NCBI GenBank assembly: GCA_964621005.1 | Contig: CAZUIF010000007.1 | Location: 89,955-153,954 of the forward strand | Length of the DNA: 64,000 nucleotides | Reading direction: 5' to 3' | From: an uncultured Rikenella sp. | Lineage (GTDB): Bacteria > Bacteroidota > Bacteroidia > Bacteroidales > VadinHA17 | Shown: positions 16,479-26,328 of the stretch, piece by piece | How positions within the stretch are numbered: position 1 is the stretch's first letter | Layout of the letters: each line of letters starts with the position of its first letter | Translations under genes and position numbers: made by a program | Notes under the pieces: model-generated | Database searches by the model: none | The model's input: the letters and a program-made list of their open reading frames with translations, nothing else | What the model was told of the DNA's origin: nothing

Positions 16479-18355
16479 GAAAGTTTAAAGCCATATTGTT
16501 TCTGTCACTGGCCGTTGCTACAGGATGCAGTACGGCCAGGAAGACAGCTGATTCCGCAGTTACAGGTGCTGCCGCAGCTGACCGGGCTGCCGCAGTAGCG
16601 GAAACCCTTGCAGCCATACCGTGCAGGTGTGACAGCGTTGATAACGACGCCCCTTGGGTTAAGTTCCTCAGAGTGCCTGACCAGGTTACCTACCAGCCGC
16701 AGTTTGACATCCTCTGCAAGAGTGAATATCCCGCCACCGTGAGCATCAACGGCCAGGAAGTGAAACAGTATAAAACAGGGATATTCTTTACAACCCTATC
16801 ATTCAATGCAGGGGTGAACAAAGTAACGGCTGAGGCAGTCTGGCCTGACGGCCGGAAAGCTGTCTGCGAATATGCTTTCATCTATGAGAAGCGTGAAATG
16901 ACCAGACAGCCGTTCCCGCTGTGGGTGGAAAGACGCTCTGTTGAACCGGCCCCGGAGGTGGAGCTGCTTCCTGACGAGGTGGTCAGGGTTAGTTTTACGG
17001 GATCGAAGGGACAGGAGGGATGGGTTGATATCCGTCCCGGCAGGATGAGCCTGAAATGCACCCGTGAAGATTTCGGTGACTACAGCATCTACCGCGCCGA
17101 AGTCCCCCTGAGGGGCTTCGCCGCTCGCGTGACGCACACGGTGAGCATCAGGCTGGTGCCGGCAGCAGGAGCACCTGTAAAGGAGGTACTGAAGCCAGGC
17201 TTTGACAGGAAGATAACAGTGAGAAACCCCGAGGACTTTCCGCTTGTGAAGGTGAAAAACGATAATTCGAGACTGGTATATAATCTCGGCGCACCAAGGC
17301 TGGGTGGGCCGATAAGGTCAGAGCTCGGACCGGGGGTTATTCTTAAAACCAGCGGGAAGATCGGTAGCAATTACCGCATCAGGCTGAGCAGTACCGAGAT
17401 GGGTTTTATCAGCGAGGATGATGTTGAGGTGGTGAGCGGTACCAAGGCTCAGCCTCTCTACAGTGTTACCAGCATGTCATGCGGACCGTCGGAGCACGGC
17501 GACGTTGTTTCAATACCATACCTGGAGCCTGTGCCGTATGAGGTTTATCCTGACCCTGACGGGAAACGGCTTGTTGTGACGCTGTTCGGTGTTGAGTCGG
17601 CTGCCACATGGGTCAGTCACAGGACCGGGTGCAGGGTTGTTGACAAGCTCACCTGGGAGCAGACCACACCTGAGACCTTCAGGGTTTATGTGAACCTGAA
17701 GACTGAAAACATCTGGGGTTATGATATAAGGCCTGTAGGCCGGAGCCTGGTGCTGAACCTGAAGTATCCGCCGGTTTATGATCTCTCCGGGGAGAAGCCG
17801 CTGTCAGGGCTGAAGATTGCAATTGAGGCCGGCCACGGAGGATCAGGGACAGGAGCCATAGGATTATCAGGACTTGTTGAGAAGGACATAAACCTTGATC
17901 TCTCCTTCAGGCTTGGTGAGCTGTGTGCCTCCATGGGAGCCGAAGTAGTACAGGTGAGGGATTCCGACAGGGACATGGGCCTTATTGAGAAGCGTGACAT
18001 AGCCATCAAATCAGGAGCGGACATGCTGATCAGCATTCATGCCAATGCCGGTGGGAGAGGGTATCTCTCTGTTGCCGGCACCAGCACCTACTGGAACAAT
18101 CCCTTCTGGGCGCCGCTGGCACAGACAATCTATGACAGGCTGCTTGAGACCGGGCTGCCCGAGTTTGGTGTTGTGGGGACATTCAATTACACTGTCACCA
18201 GGGCATCGCAGATGCCAGCCGTATTGGTCGAGCAGGCCTTCATGACCCATGCTGAGGATGAGGAAAAGCTTGCAGACCCGGAGTTCCGGCAGCAGATGGC
18301 GGTGAAGATTTACGAGGGGATCATTGACTACCTGAAGGAGATTAAACCTCAATAG
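16475..18355 (+). CDS. N-acetylmuramoyl-L-alanine amidase (Amidase_3 type) lipoprotein with a long uncharacterized N-terminal region
   Basis: 626-aa ORF with lipobox VATGC. The C-terminal roughly 190 aa read KIAIEAGHGGSGTGAIG...EKDINLDLSFRL...ADMLISIHANAG...VLVEQAFMTHAEDE. Its ATG overlaps the upstream stop (ATGA at 16475-16478). Confidence 0.8.
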   Translation: MRKFKAILFLSLAVATGCSTARKTADSAVTGAAAADRAAAVAETLAAIPCRCDSVDNDAPWVKFLRVPDQVTYQPQFDILCKSEYPATVSINGQEVKQYKTGIFFTTLSFNAGVNKVTAEAVWPDGRKAVCEYAFIYEKREMTRQPFPLWVERRSVEPAPEVELLPDEVVRVSFTGSKGQEGWVDIRPGRMSLKCTREDFGDYSIYRAEVPLRGFAARVTHTVSIRLVPAAGAPVKEVLKPGFDRKITVRNPEDFPLVKVKNDNSRLVYNLGAPRLGGPIRSELGPGVILKTSGKIGSNYRIRLSSTEMGFISEDDVEVVSGTKAQPLYSVTSMSCGPSEHGDVVSIPYLEPVPYEVYPDPDGKRLVVTLFGVESAATWVSHRTGCRVVDKLTWEQTTPETFRVYVNLKTENIWGYDIRPVGRSLVLNLKYPPVYDLSGEKPLSGLKIAIEAGHGGSGTGAIGLSGLVEKDINLDLSFRLGELCASMGAEVVQVRDSDRDMGLIEKRDIAIKSGADMLISIHANAGGRGYLSVAGTSTYWNNPFWAPLAQTIYDRLLETGLPEFGVVGTFNYTVTRASQMPAVLVEQAFMTHAEDEEKLADPEFRQQMAVKIYEGIIDYLKEIKPQ

Positions 18356-18365
18356 GACACCGGTT

Positions 18366-19676
18366 TCAGGAGTCAATCCTCCTTATTGCGGCACCAAGGC
18401 TGTTCAGTCTCTGATCGAGGTTCTGGTAGCCACGGTCTATCTGTTCGATGTTGTGTATCAGGCTTTTGCCTTCGGCGCTGAGCGCCGCAATAAGCAGGGC
18501 CATCCCGGCCCTGATGTCAGGGCTTGACATGGTGATGCCCCTCAGCTGCTGGCGGCGTTCAAGTCCAATTACAGTGGCACGGTGCGGATCGCACAGGACT
18601 ATCCTCGCACCCATGTCGATGAGCTTGTCGACGAAGAAGAGGCGGCTTTCAAACATCTTCTGGTGGATTATCACGCTCCCCCTGGCCTGGACAGCCACCA
18701 CAAGCATGACGCTGATGAGGTCTGGCGTCAGACCGGGCCATGGATGATCATATATTGTAAGGATTGATCCGTCAATGCTGTTCTGAATCTCATAGGTCTC
18801 CTGCTCTGGTACAATGATGTCGTCACCCTCGATATTGAAATTGATTCCAAGCTGCCTGAACCTGTCGGGGATGATGCCGAGGTGCGCTATCCCTGCATTC
18901 CTGATTATAAGCGAGGATCCTGTCATGGCTGCCAGACCTATAAAAGATCCTGTCTCTATCATATCAGGTAAAATCCGGTGATGGCAGCCGTGCAGGGATT
19001 TGACACCTTTGATTGTCAGCAGGTTCGATTTAATGCCGGTTATATCTGCTCCCATGCTGTTCAGCATGTTGCATAGCTGCTGGATATATGGCTCGCAGGC
19101 GGCGTTGTAGATTGTGGTAACACCTTCGGCGAGAACAGCCGCCATCACGAGGTTGGCAGTGCCGGTTACTGAAGGTTCATCAAGCAGGATGTCTGTTCCG
19201 GTGATCCTTTCGGCGGACAGTTTGTAACACCCGTGACACTGCTCATAATCAACATTTGCCCCAAGCTTCTGCAGGCCGATGATATGGGTGTCCATCCTTC
19301 TCCTTCCTATCTTGTCGCCTCCGGGCCTGGGTATGGCTGATCTCCTGAATCTTGCCAGCAGCGGGCCGGCAAGCATTACGGAGCCCCTGAGCATCATGGC
19401 CTTATTCAGGAAATCCGGATCATATATTTTATATGTGAGCACATCAGCCGCTTTAAAACTATAGGTGTCAGGGCTGATGCGGTTAACCTCCGCGCCCAGT
19501 TCTGACATCATCGCGATGAGCAGATTCACATCGAGGATATCGGGAATGTTTGAGATGGTTACCTCATCACCCGTGAGCAGCACTGCGCATATCACCTGCA
19601 GAGCTTCATTCTTTGCACCCTGGGGGGTGATCTCACCGCTGAGCTTGCGGCCTCCGGTTACTTCAAAGGATTTCAT
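18366..19676 (-). CDS. murA: UDP-N-acetylglucosamine 1-carboxyvinyltransferase
   Basis: 436-aa ORF beginning MKSFEVTGGRKLSGEITPQGAKNEALQVICAVLLT..., with ...PRPGGDKIGRRRMDTH... It has the EPSP-synthase fold family length and motifs. Confidence 0.9.
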   Translation of the reverse strand: MKSFEVTGGRKLSGEITPQGAKNEALQVICAVLLTGDEVTISNIPDILDVNLLIAMMSELGAEVNRISPDTYSFKAADVLTYKIYDPDFLNKAMMLRGSVMLAGPLLARFRRSAIPRPGGDKIGRRRMDTHIIGLQKLGANVDYEQCHGCYKLSAERITGTDILLDEPSVTGTANLVMAAVLAEGVTTIYNAACEPYIQQLCNMLNSMGADITGIKSNLLTIKGVKSLHGCHHRILPDMIETGSFIGLAAMTGSSLIIRNAGIAHLGIIPDRFRQLGINFNIEGDDIIVPEQETYEIQNSIDGSILTIYDHPWPGLTPDLISVMLVVAVQARGSVIIHQKMFESRLFFVDKLIDMGARIVLCDPHRATVIGLERRQQLRGITMSSPDIRAGMALLIAALSAEGKSLIHNIEQIDRGYQNLDQRLNSLGAAIRRIDS

Positions 19677-19708
19677 TTGATTTTATTTGAACAGATTCCT
19701 AGTTAAAG

Positions 19709-19716
19709 CAAAACTA
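19709..19716 (-). promoter_or_regulatory. Candidate -7 promoter box for murA (TAGTTTTG on the minus strand)
   Basis: The plus strand reads CAAAACTA, 33-40 nt upstream of the murA ATG (19676). Confidence 0.3.
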
Positions 19717-19759
19717 AAAAGATTTCCCGGAGCGGATAAATTTATTTATCATTGCCGGC

Positions 19760-20791
19760 ATGATCCGGTACTTTCAGAATATAAGCCTGCTCCCGTACAA
19801 TACATTTGGCGTGGACGTCAGGGCTTCCCATCTTTTTCATCTTGAATCACCCGGACAGCTTCCTGAACTCCTTGATTTTCCGGGCTTCACGGAGATGACA
19901 GGTGATATGAGTAAGCTGCTCGTAATGGGCCAGGGAAGCAATATCCTCTTTACGGGAGATTTCACCGGGGTTGTGGTAAGAAACGAAATAACCGGCATCA
20001 GGGTCATTGATGAGGATGAATCCTCAGTTGTTGTTGAGGCCGGTTCAGGTATCACCTGGAATGATCTTGTTGATTATGCTGTGGACAAGGGATGGTGGGG
20101 TATTGAAAACCTGGCACTTATCCCGGGAACCGTGGGGGCGGCGCCGGTACAGAACATCGGCGCCTACGGTGCTGAGGCTGCGGATGTCATCGAGAGGGTC
20201 AATGCCTTCCACATGAATAGCAGGGAGTGGCTTGTGCTTGGTAACAAGGAGTGTGGTTTCGGGTACAGGGACAGCATCTTCAAGCGGGAACTCAGAAATA
20301 AGACAATAATATGTTCTGTGACTTTCAGGTTGTCAAAAAAAGCCCGGCCGGTGCTTGATTACTCAGGGATAAGGGAAGAGCTGGACAGGATGAATATTTC
20401 CGAACCTTCTGCCAGGGATATATCTTCAGCAGTGGCCTCCGTCAGGCGCTCGAAGCTGCCTGACCCGGAAGTTCTTGGCAATGCGGGAAGCTTCTTCAAG
20501 AATCCGGTTGTCGGCGAGGCAGAGTACCGCAGGTTGGTGGCAGCATTCCCGGGCCTGAAGGCGCACAGACAGGGAGATAAATATAAAATTCCTGCTGCCT
20601 GGCTGATTGAGCAGGCAGAATGGAAGGGTTACAGGGAAGGCAACACCGGGAGTTTTGAAAAGCAGCCACTGATCCTTGTTAACTACGGCAGTGCCAGCGG
20701 GAAGGAAATCTTTGAGTTTTCAGAGAAGATCCGGGAATCAGTTAATTCCAGGTTTGGCATTTCCCTTGAACGGGAGGTCAATGTCATGTAA
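19760..20791 (+). CDS. murB: UDP-N-acetylenolpyruvoylglucosamine reductase
   Basis: 343-aa ORF. The FAD-binding PCMH-type N-terminus reads LLPYNTFGVDVRA...LVMGQGSNILF. The MurB C-terminus reads GNAGSFFKNP...IPAAWLIEQAEWKG. Confidence 0.88.
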   Translation: MIRYFQNISLLPYNTFGVDVRASHLFHLESPGQLPELLDFPGFTEMTGDMSKLLVMGQGSNILFTGDFTGVVVRNEITGIRVIDEDESSVVVEAGSGITWNDLVDYAVDKGWWGIENLALIPGTVGAAPVQNIGAYGAEAADVIERVNAFHMNSREWLVLGNKECGFGYRDSIFKRELRNKTIICSVTFRLSKKARPVLDYSGIREELDRMNISEPSARDISSAVASVRRSKLPDPEVLGNAGSFFKNPVVGEAEYRRLVAAFPGLKAHRQGDKYKIPAAWLIEQAEWKGYREGNTGSFEKQPLILVNYGSASGKEIFEFSEKIRESVNSRFGISLEREVNVM

Positions 20792-21416
20792 GGGATGTTT
20801 GTGACATCATCAGGGACGAAAGCCTTCTGTTAAGCATTTCCATCAGTACACCGGGAGAGAATCTGTAACCTTCACTTGAAATTGAGGTAACAAATTCATC
20901 ATGTTTCCTCCCGGCCCGGTAATCCGGCTCACGGCTGGGATGGCGCAGGTATTTGCTGAAAAGAGAAGGGTCTTCTGCAATGTTGAGCACGGCATGGTAA
21001 ACCAGGTTGTTACCCACCTTCCTCATGGATGACCCCAGTATCTTACGGTTCCCTATTGTTATGTCGGATATACCCTTTGATCCAAGCTCTGCAACACCCA
21101 TTTCGCCAAGTCCCTCAATCACCACGCTGTTTACCATACGGAAGAAATCCCTGAAATGAACCATCACCGGGAAATGCCTGGCGACCGTAAAAGCTACTGT
21201 GGCAGGGGTGAGGATTACCGTCTCTCCGCCGGAAGGTCTCTTTGTTACCCGTATGCCATCCGCTGCCACAGTGTCCGTATGGAGGCTGTTTTCTGCGGTG
21301 TTCGACTGGCCGAGCACGATTACTGTCTCCTGAGGCTGCCAGACAAGGATGCCAGTGGCTCCCTCACTGAACAGGAAGGCATCGGGAAGGTCATATTCGG
21401 TTATTCTCACCGCCAT
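20784..21416 (-). CDS. Lipoate/biotin protein ligase (BPL_LplA_LipB) family protein
   Basis: The ORF-track frame is 20784-21479. I prefer the internal Met (MAVRITEYDL...) because the longer start would leave only 12 nt to the divergent gene. The stretch GNRKILGSSMRKVGNNLVYHAVLNI resembles the LplA/LipB lysine motif. The start is uncertain. Confidence 0.5.
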   Translation of the reverse strand: MAVRITEYDLPDAFLFSEGATGILVWQPQETVIVLGQSNTAENSLHTDTVAADGIRVTKRPSGGETVILTPATVAFTVARHFPVMVHFRDFFRMVNSVVIEGLGEMGVAELGSKGISDITIGNRKILGSSMRKVGNNLVYHAVLNIAEDPSLFSKYLRHPSREPDYRAGRKHDEFVTSISSEGYRFSPGVLMEMLNRRLSSLMMSQTSLT

Positions 21417-21491
21417 TGAGAGTGTTCTTCTTGCTATCTTTATGCCGTATTCCGAGAAAAACTTCTCCAAATTAAACAAAATACCTTCAGC

Positions 21492-22835
21492 ATGGAGAAA
21501 TCCGAAGAGATTGAAATGAATTCAAGGCACCCCGAGCTATGGGATGAACCGGACTATATCCGGAATGAGCTGGCCCGCACAATGGAACATATCTACAGCC
21601 ATGGAATGACAACCACCTCGGGTGGAAATATGTCTGTCATTGACAGCCTGGGAAACATCTGGATCACCCCCTCAGGCACTGACAAGGGCTCACTTAAGCC
21701 TGATGAAGTTGTCTGCGTTGCCCCTGAGGGCACCTTTGAGGGTCCGCTGAAGCCGTCGATGGAATACCCGCTCCACCGTGCAGTCTATAATTCCCGGCCT
21801 GACATCCGTGCCCTGATCCATGCCCACCCTCCGATGCTGACTTCGTTCAGTATTGTGCATCGCCTCCCGGACACATCAGTTGCAGGGGTCTGGCTGGGTA
21901 CATGCGGTACAGCCGGGTACGCCGGTTATGCTACTCCCGGGAGCGAAGCTATGGGAGAGAATGTAGCCTCGGAGTTCAGAAAAGGCCATAATGCGGTAAT
22001 AATGGAAAACCATGCGGTTGTGACCGGCGGAAAGGATATGGCTGAAGCCCTGGCACGGCTGGAAGCCCTGGAAATCTGTGCCCGAACCATTCATGCCGCA
22101 GGATCGTTTGGAGAAATCAGGGTAAACGAGGTTGCTCAGTCCGATGCCCCTGAACTGCTGTCCGGAGCGCAGTCAGGTATTATTGGCCTCGAGCCTGAGG
22201 CCCGGGAAGGAGTCACGGAGCTGAGCTCCAGAGAGGAGCTACTCGCAGAAGAAATCAGCCGGATTACAGCCCGTGCATGCAACAGGGGTCTTTTTTACGG
22301 ATTTTGCGGGACTATATCGTCAAGGAGTAACGGAGATGACTTCCTGATTACCAGAGAACGTATCTTAAGATATGATTTCGGGAAATCCGGCATTGTAAGA
22401 TCAGGCGCCCCTGGTACCGGAACGGAGTCATGGCTGCACAGGGAGATTTACCGGAGGTTTCCCTATGTCAACGCAGTTATAACTGCCCTTCCCCCATACC
22501 TGATGGCTTTCGCTGTAACAGGAAAAGAGTTTGATTCAAGAACCATCCCGGAGAGCTGGCTGCTGCTGAAAGAGGTTCCCTTGGTGTCACCAGGGGCGTT
22601 GTATCCCGGAAGAGGGGAGATCTTCGAAAAGCTCACTTCAGGCTCACCGGCCGTGATCATTTGCAATGATTCGGTCCTGGCAACAGGTGACAGCCTCCTG
22701 CAGGCGTTTGACAGGCTTGAAGTAGCAGAGATGACTGCGATGTCACTTGTTACTGCGGGGCCACTCGGCAGAATCCATCCGATTGACAGTGAAAAGATTA
22801 ATGATCTTGATAAAAAATTTCGGTATAAATATTAG
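21492..22835 (+). CDS. Tandem class II aldolase/adducin-domain protein
   Basis: 447-aa ORF. Domain 1 has TTSGGNMSV and ALIHAHPPML (metal His ligands). Domain 2 has a similar length and pattern but reads NAVITALPPYL at the equivalent site. Confidence 0.7.
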   Translation: MEKSEEIEMNSRHPELWDEPDYIRNELARTMEHIYSHGMTTTSGGNMSVIDSLGNIWITPSGTDKGSLKPDEVVCVAPEGTFEGPLKPSMEYPLHRAVYNSRPDIRALIHAHPPMLTSFSIVHRLPDTSVAGVWLGTCGTAGYAGYATPGSEAMGENVASEFRKGHNAVIMENHAVVTGGKDMAEALARLEALEICARTIHAAGSFGEIRVNEVAQSDAPELLSGAQSGIIGLEPEAREGVTELSSREELLAEEISRITARACNRGLFYGFCGTISSRSNGDDFLITRERILRYDFGKSGIVRSGAPGTGTESWLHREIYRRFPYVNAVITALPPYLMAFAVTGKEFDSRTIPESWLLLKEVPLVSPGALYPGRGEIFEKLTSGSPAVIICNDSVLATGDSLLQAFDRLEVAEMTAMSLVTAGPLGRIHPIDSEKINDLDKKFRYKY

Positions 22836-23499
22836 TATAGTTGCGCAGGGGGAAACCAACGGATTGCGCCAGCACGATCCTTTGCAACGGCATCAGTTCC
22901 ATTTCCTGTGCCAGTTTATCACGGAGTACCATTGCCCTGACCACACAAGCGAGCCCCTCCGAGGCGCACCAGAGGTAAACATTCTGTGCCATGAACCCGG
23001 TGTTGGCCCATGATGATAACAGATCCGTATCAGTTATCATCTGCCCTTCCTGAAGTCCTCTCTTCGCCAGGTCAGCAACATATACAAGATTGACGGGTGC
23101 CGCAGCCGGGAAAGGCTGTGTGCCGGTAAGAGCCCTTATATCCCTGTCATGGATCTGTATCAGTACATTACCCTTCGCATCATACAGATAAAGTCCGCTC
23201 TTCAGTGTTACATATACATCCATTTCCTGGTTGTTATGTGATGACGGTGCGGTACGTTTGCCGTCTGCCTCACGGTTGATGCCCCACGCTGCCCAGAGAA
23301 GGTCTGACAACTGCTGAGGAGTCAGTTCTTCTTCTGAGAATTCCCTGGATGAGCCCCTGTTGTTCAGGGCTTCCATGAGCGGTTTGCCACCCTTCCTTGC
23401 CGGAAGCGGAAGCTGAATATCCTGGGCTTTTAGCATATCAGGAAGAATTAAAAAGTCAATAATCAGCAGTGCTGTCAAACTTATTGAAATATTCCGCAT
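22798..23499 (-). CDS. Exported nitroreductase-fold (SagB-type-like) protein
   Basis: The internal Met MRNISISLTALLIIDFLILPDMLKAQ gives a signal peptide. The body reads SSREFSEEELTPQQLSDLLWAAWGINR...AAAPVNLVYVADL..., which is nitroreductase-family like. The 3' end overlaps the convergent aldolase gene by 38 nt. Confidence 0.6.
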   Translation of the reverse strand: MRNISISLTALLIIDFLILPDMLKAQDIQLPLPARKGGKPLMEALNNRGSSREFSEEELTPQQLSDLLWAAWGINREADGKRTAPSSHNNQEMDVYVTLKSGLYLYDAKGNVLIQIHDRDIRALTGTQPFPAAAPVNLVYVADLAKRGLQEGQMITDTDLLSSWANTGFMAQNVYLWCASEGLACVVRAMVLRDKLAQEMELMPLQRIVLAQSVGFPLRNYTNIYTEIFYQDH

Positions 23500-23685
23500 G
23501 TCTTTCAAATTTGCGGATGAAGTTATGAATTTTGGTTCGAATAAAACAGCTCCCTCCGACGGTTCAGTGCATCCAATTGACCGGATTTTCCACCTTCCGC
23601 TCACTAAAAAGTGATAATTTTATACCGCCGGCGGATGGAATTATGTCCGGCATGACTACGCACAGACCTGAAAAACAAAGAGACC

Positions 23686-24765
23686 ATGAGTATAGAACTG
23701 AGAAATGATTATGCATATTCACTGCTTGTGCCAACAAGTATGGGAGTAAGGATAACACCTGTAAACCATCAGCCTGTCCACACGAGCGACACCTTTTTCA
23801 TGCAGGCCACCAGTGCAGAGACCAATGTGGCAAGCATCCCAGGCTACCTGGGTATGCCGGTAAAGGTCCTTACAACTTTTGTGAAAGACAGCCCTGTGGC
23901 CCAGTTCATAAAAAATAATCTTGCCAGCCGCCATATGAGCTATGAGGGGAAGGAGGTTCCGCAGGGCGATCCCTGGGGATACCGTCACCAGTTCAATATA
24001 GCAGACATGGGCTATGGCTCACGTGGTCCGCGTGTCCATAATGACCGCGCCGGCGAAGTGGGCCGGACACTGAACGTTAAGGACTTTGACCTTGACCGCA
24101 TCTTCGGGAAGGAGGGTGTTCAGATAGTTCATCTGTCAGGCTTGATAGGGGCACTCTCTCCCGAAACGAGCACATTCTGCCTTGAACTTGCGCGTGAAGC
24201 GAAAAAGCACGGCACCCGGATCTCATTCGACCTTAACTACCGGGCTTCCTTCTGGAAAGGGCGCGAAAAGGAGCTGTCAGGTGTCTTCCGTGAGATAGCC
24301 TCGGTATCCGATATAATAGTTGGCAACGAGGAGGACTTCCAGCTCTGCCTGGGCATCGAAGGCCCGGAAGCAGGAGGGAAGGATATTGCCTCCAAAATGG
24401 AAAGCTTCAAGGGGATGATTGACATGGTCAGGAAGGAATACCCGGGAGCTTCGGTATTTGCCACAACCCTGAGGCAGGTGGTCAGTGTCGATACACACCT
24501 GTGGGGCGCCATAATGTGGGAGGGAGGCAACTGGCATGTAATCGAACCCCGTGAGATACATGTCCTGGACCGTATCGGCGGCGGCGACGGCTTCGTTGGC
24601 GGTTTGCTTTACGGCATCCTGAAGGGGTGGGATCCTGCCCGCTGGATTGAGTTCGGGTGGGCCAGCGGTGCGCTTGCAACCACATTCATGACCGATTATG
24701 CCCAGCCTGCTGACGAGGAGATGATCTGGAACGTCTGGGAAGGAAACGCGAGGGTTAAAAGGTAA
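23686..24765 (+). CDS. PfkB-family sugar kinase (2-dehydro-3-deoxygluconokinase-like)
   Basis: 359-aa ORF. The PfkB C-terminal signature is VLDRIGGGDGFVGGLLYG, and DLNYRASFW appears in the middle. Confidence 0.75.
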   Translation: MSIELRNDYAYSLLVPTSMGVRITPVNHQPVHTSDTFFMQATSAETNVASIPGYLGMPVKVLTTFVKDSPVAQFIKNNLASRHMSYEGKEVPQGDPWGYRHQFNIADMGYGSRGPRVHNDRAGEVGRTLNVKDFDLDRIFGKEGVQIVHLSGLIGALSPETSTFCLELAREAKKHGTRISFDLNYRASFWKGREKELSGVFREIASVSDIIVGNEEDFQLCLGIEGPEAGGKDIASKMESFKGMIDMVRKEYPGASVFATTLRQVVSVDTHLWGAIMWEGGNWHVIEPREIHVLDRIGGGDGFVGGLLYGILKGWDPARWIEFGWASGALATTFMTDYAQPADEEMIWNVWEGNARVKR

Positions 24766-24787
24766 ATCTGACTACCGCTGTCCTTAT

Positions 24788-25999
24788 TCATTCATCAATG
24801 TGGAGGTCAGCGCTGAAGAATGCAAGGCCTCCTTCCCCGGTTTCCTTATACAGGCTTGGGAGATCCTTGCCGGTTTGTTTCATTGTCTGAACCACCCTGT
24901 CAAAGCTGACCATATGGCGGCCGTCGGAGAGCATGGCGAAGGTGTTGTGTGCCAGGGCCCTTGATGCAGCAAACACATTACGCTCGATGCATGGGATCTG
25001 TACAAGGCCTGCTATCGGGTCGCAGGTGAGGCCGAGATGATGTTCGATACCCATTTCCGCAGAGTATTCTATCTGGCGGTTGGTGCCTCCGTACAGATGG
25101 GTGAGGGCACCTGACGCCATGGCGCAAGCTGTTCCTACCTCTCCCTGGCAGCCAACCTCAGCTCCTGAGATTGAAGCATTTCGTTTTACGAGCGTGCCGA
25201 TGAGGCCCGCGGTGGCAAGCGCCTTGATTATGTCACTGTTCTTGTGACTGTTGAACTGTTTCGAATATTTAAGAACGGCGGGGAGTACACCGCATGCCCC
25301 ACAGGTGGGTGCCGTGACGATGACTCCCCCGCATGCATTCTCCTCGCTGACGGCCAGTGCGAATGCATAAAGGGTGGCACGGGTGCGGAATATATCCCTG
25401 AACTGCTGTGCCTTGAGCATGTAGGATTTGGCCTTCCTCTGAAGATTGAGTCCGCCGGGGATAACACCCTCGGCCGCCAGTCCTCTCTTTATTGCGGCCT
25501 CCATGACCGACCAGATCTCTCCCAGGTAGTCAAGGATCTCATTCCCCTCCACCTCCACGACATACTGCCAGAGAGTGATGCCTTTCCTGTCGCAGTAGTC
25601 GAGAATATCGCTCATGTTTTCATGAGGATAGATGTCATTTGTTTCGTTCCTCCCGCTGTCGTCAACAATTGCACCGCCGCCGACGCTGTAGGCCATCCAT
25701 TCGGCTGTGAGCCTGCCTGTCCCGTCAAATGCCCCGAACTTCATTGCATTTGTATGGCGCGGTTGCACTGTTCCCGGATACCATTCAATTGCAAGTTTCC
25801 TGGAACCGAAGGTCTTTTCAAGAGCTACGTCTGTAAGGTGGCCCCTGCCGGTGGCTGCCAGGCTGCCGTAAAGCTGCACCCTGTATGATGCGGCACCTTC
25901 ATTCGCGGCAAGGAAACGCTGGGCGGCCCTCACAGGGCCGATAGTATGGCTGGCTGAGGGCCCGCGGCCAATGCGGTAAAGATTTCGGATGGTCTCCAT
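24788..25999 (-). CDS. sdaA: L-serine ammonia-lyase (iron-sulfur type, single chain)
   Basis: 403-aa ORF. The N-terminus is [17 protein letters not shown]. The alpha-domain stretches are [11 protein letters not shown] and [17 protein letters not shown]. Confidence 0.88.
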   Translation of the reverse strand: METIRNLYRIGRGPSASHTIGPVRAAQRFLAANEGAASYRVQLYGSLAATGRGHLTDVALEKTFGSRKLAIEWYPGTVQPRHTNAMKFGAFDGTGRLTAEWMAYSVGGGAIVDDSGRNETNDIYPHENMSDILDYCDRKGITLWQYVVEVEGNEILDYLGEIWSVMEAAIKRGLAAEGVIPGGLNLQRKAKSYMLKAQQFRDIFRTRATLYAFALAVSEENACGGVIVTAPTCGACGVLPAVLKYSKQFNSHKNSDIIKALATAGLIGTLVKRNASISGAEVGCQGEVGTACAMASGALTHLYGGTNRQIEYSAEMGIEHHLGLTCDPIAGLVQIPCIERNVFAASRALAHNTFAMLSDGRHMVSFDRVVQTMKQTGKDLPSLYKETGEGGLAFFSADLHIDE

Positions 26000-26037
26000 A
26001 ATTATTCAGATGAGCAGGTCAAACAGTATTGAGCCCG

Positions 26038-26045
26038 CAAATGTA
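26038..26045 (-). promoter_or_regulatory. Candidate -7 promoter box for sdaA (TACATTTG on the minus strand)
   Basis: The plus strand reads CAAATGTA, 39-46 nt upstream of the sdaA ATG (25999). Confidence 0.35.
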
Positions 26046-26149
26046 AAATAAAATCGGAAACCGGGCTTCAGGGTCAGCATAACATTGTCCCTGGGAGGGA
26101 GAGAAGCTCTCCGTCTTTTTGCCAGGTTTATCTGAAGTCACAATAAAAG

Positions 26150-26190
26150 AGAAAGGGTGACATTCAAGGCACCCTTTCTCAAACCAACCC
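26150..26190 (-). terminator. Rho-independent-type terminator downstream of susD
   Basis: A perfect 11-bp stem GAGAAAGGGTG (26159-26169) / CACCCTTTCTC (26180-26190) is followed, on the minus strand, by TTTTATTG. Confidence 0.55.
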
Positions 26191-26328
26191 CATTTGCCGG
26201 TCAAAAATCCGGATTTCTGTCAACTCCGGGCATCGGGACGGGAAGTGTCAATGACTGACTTACGTTCCGGCCGGGTTTTAATACTACATGATCCGGACTC
26301 CTTTCCGGCATAAAAGATCTTCAATCAA

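Noticed and set aside
22798-22835. A 38-nt 3'-3' overlap of the convergent aldolase and nitroreductase-like genes, considered as a possible antisense regulatory arrangement.
   Set aside because: Short convergent overlaps are common in compact genomes. Nothing in the sequence (no hairpin, no conserved motif) suggests more.
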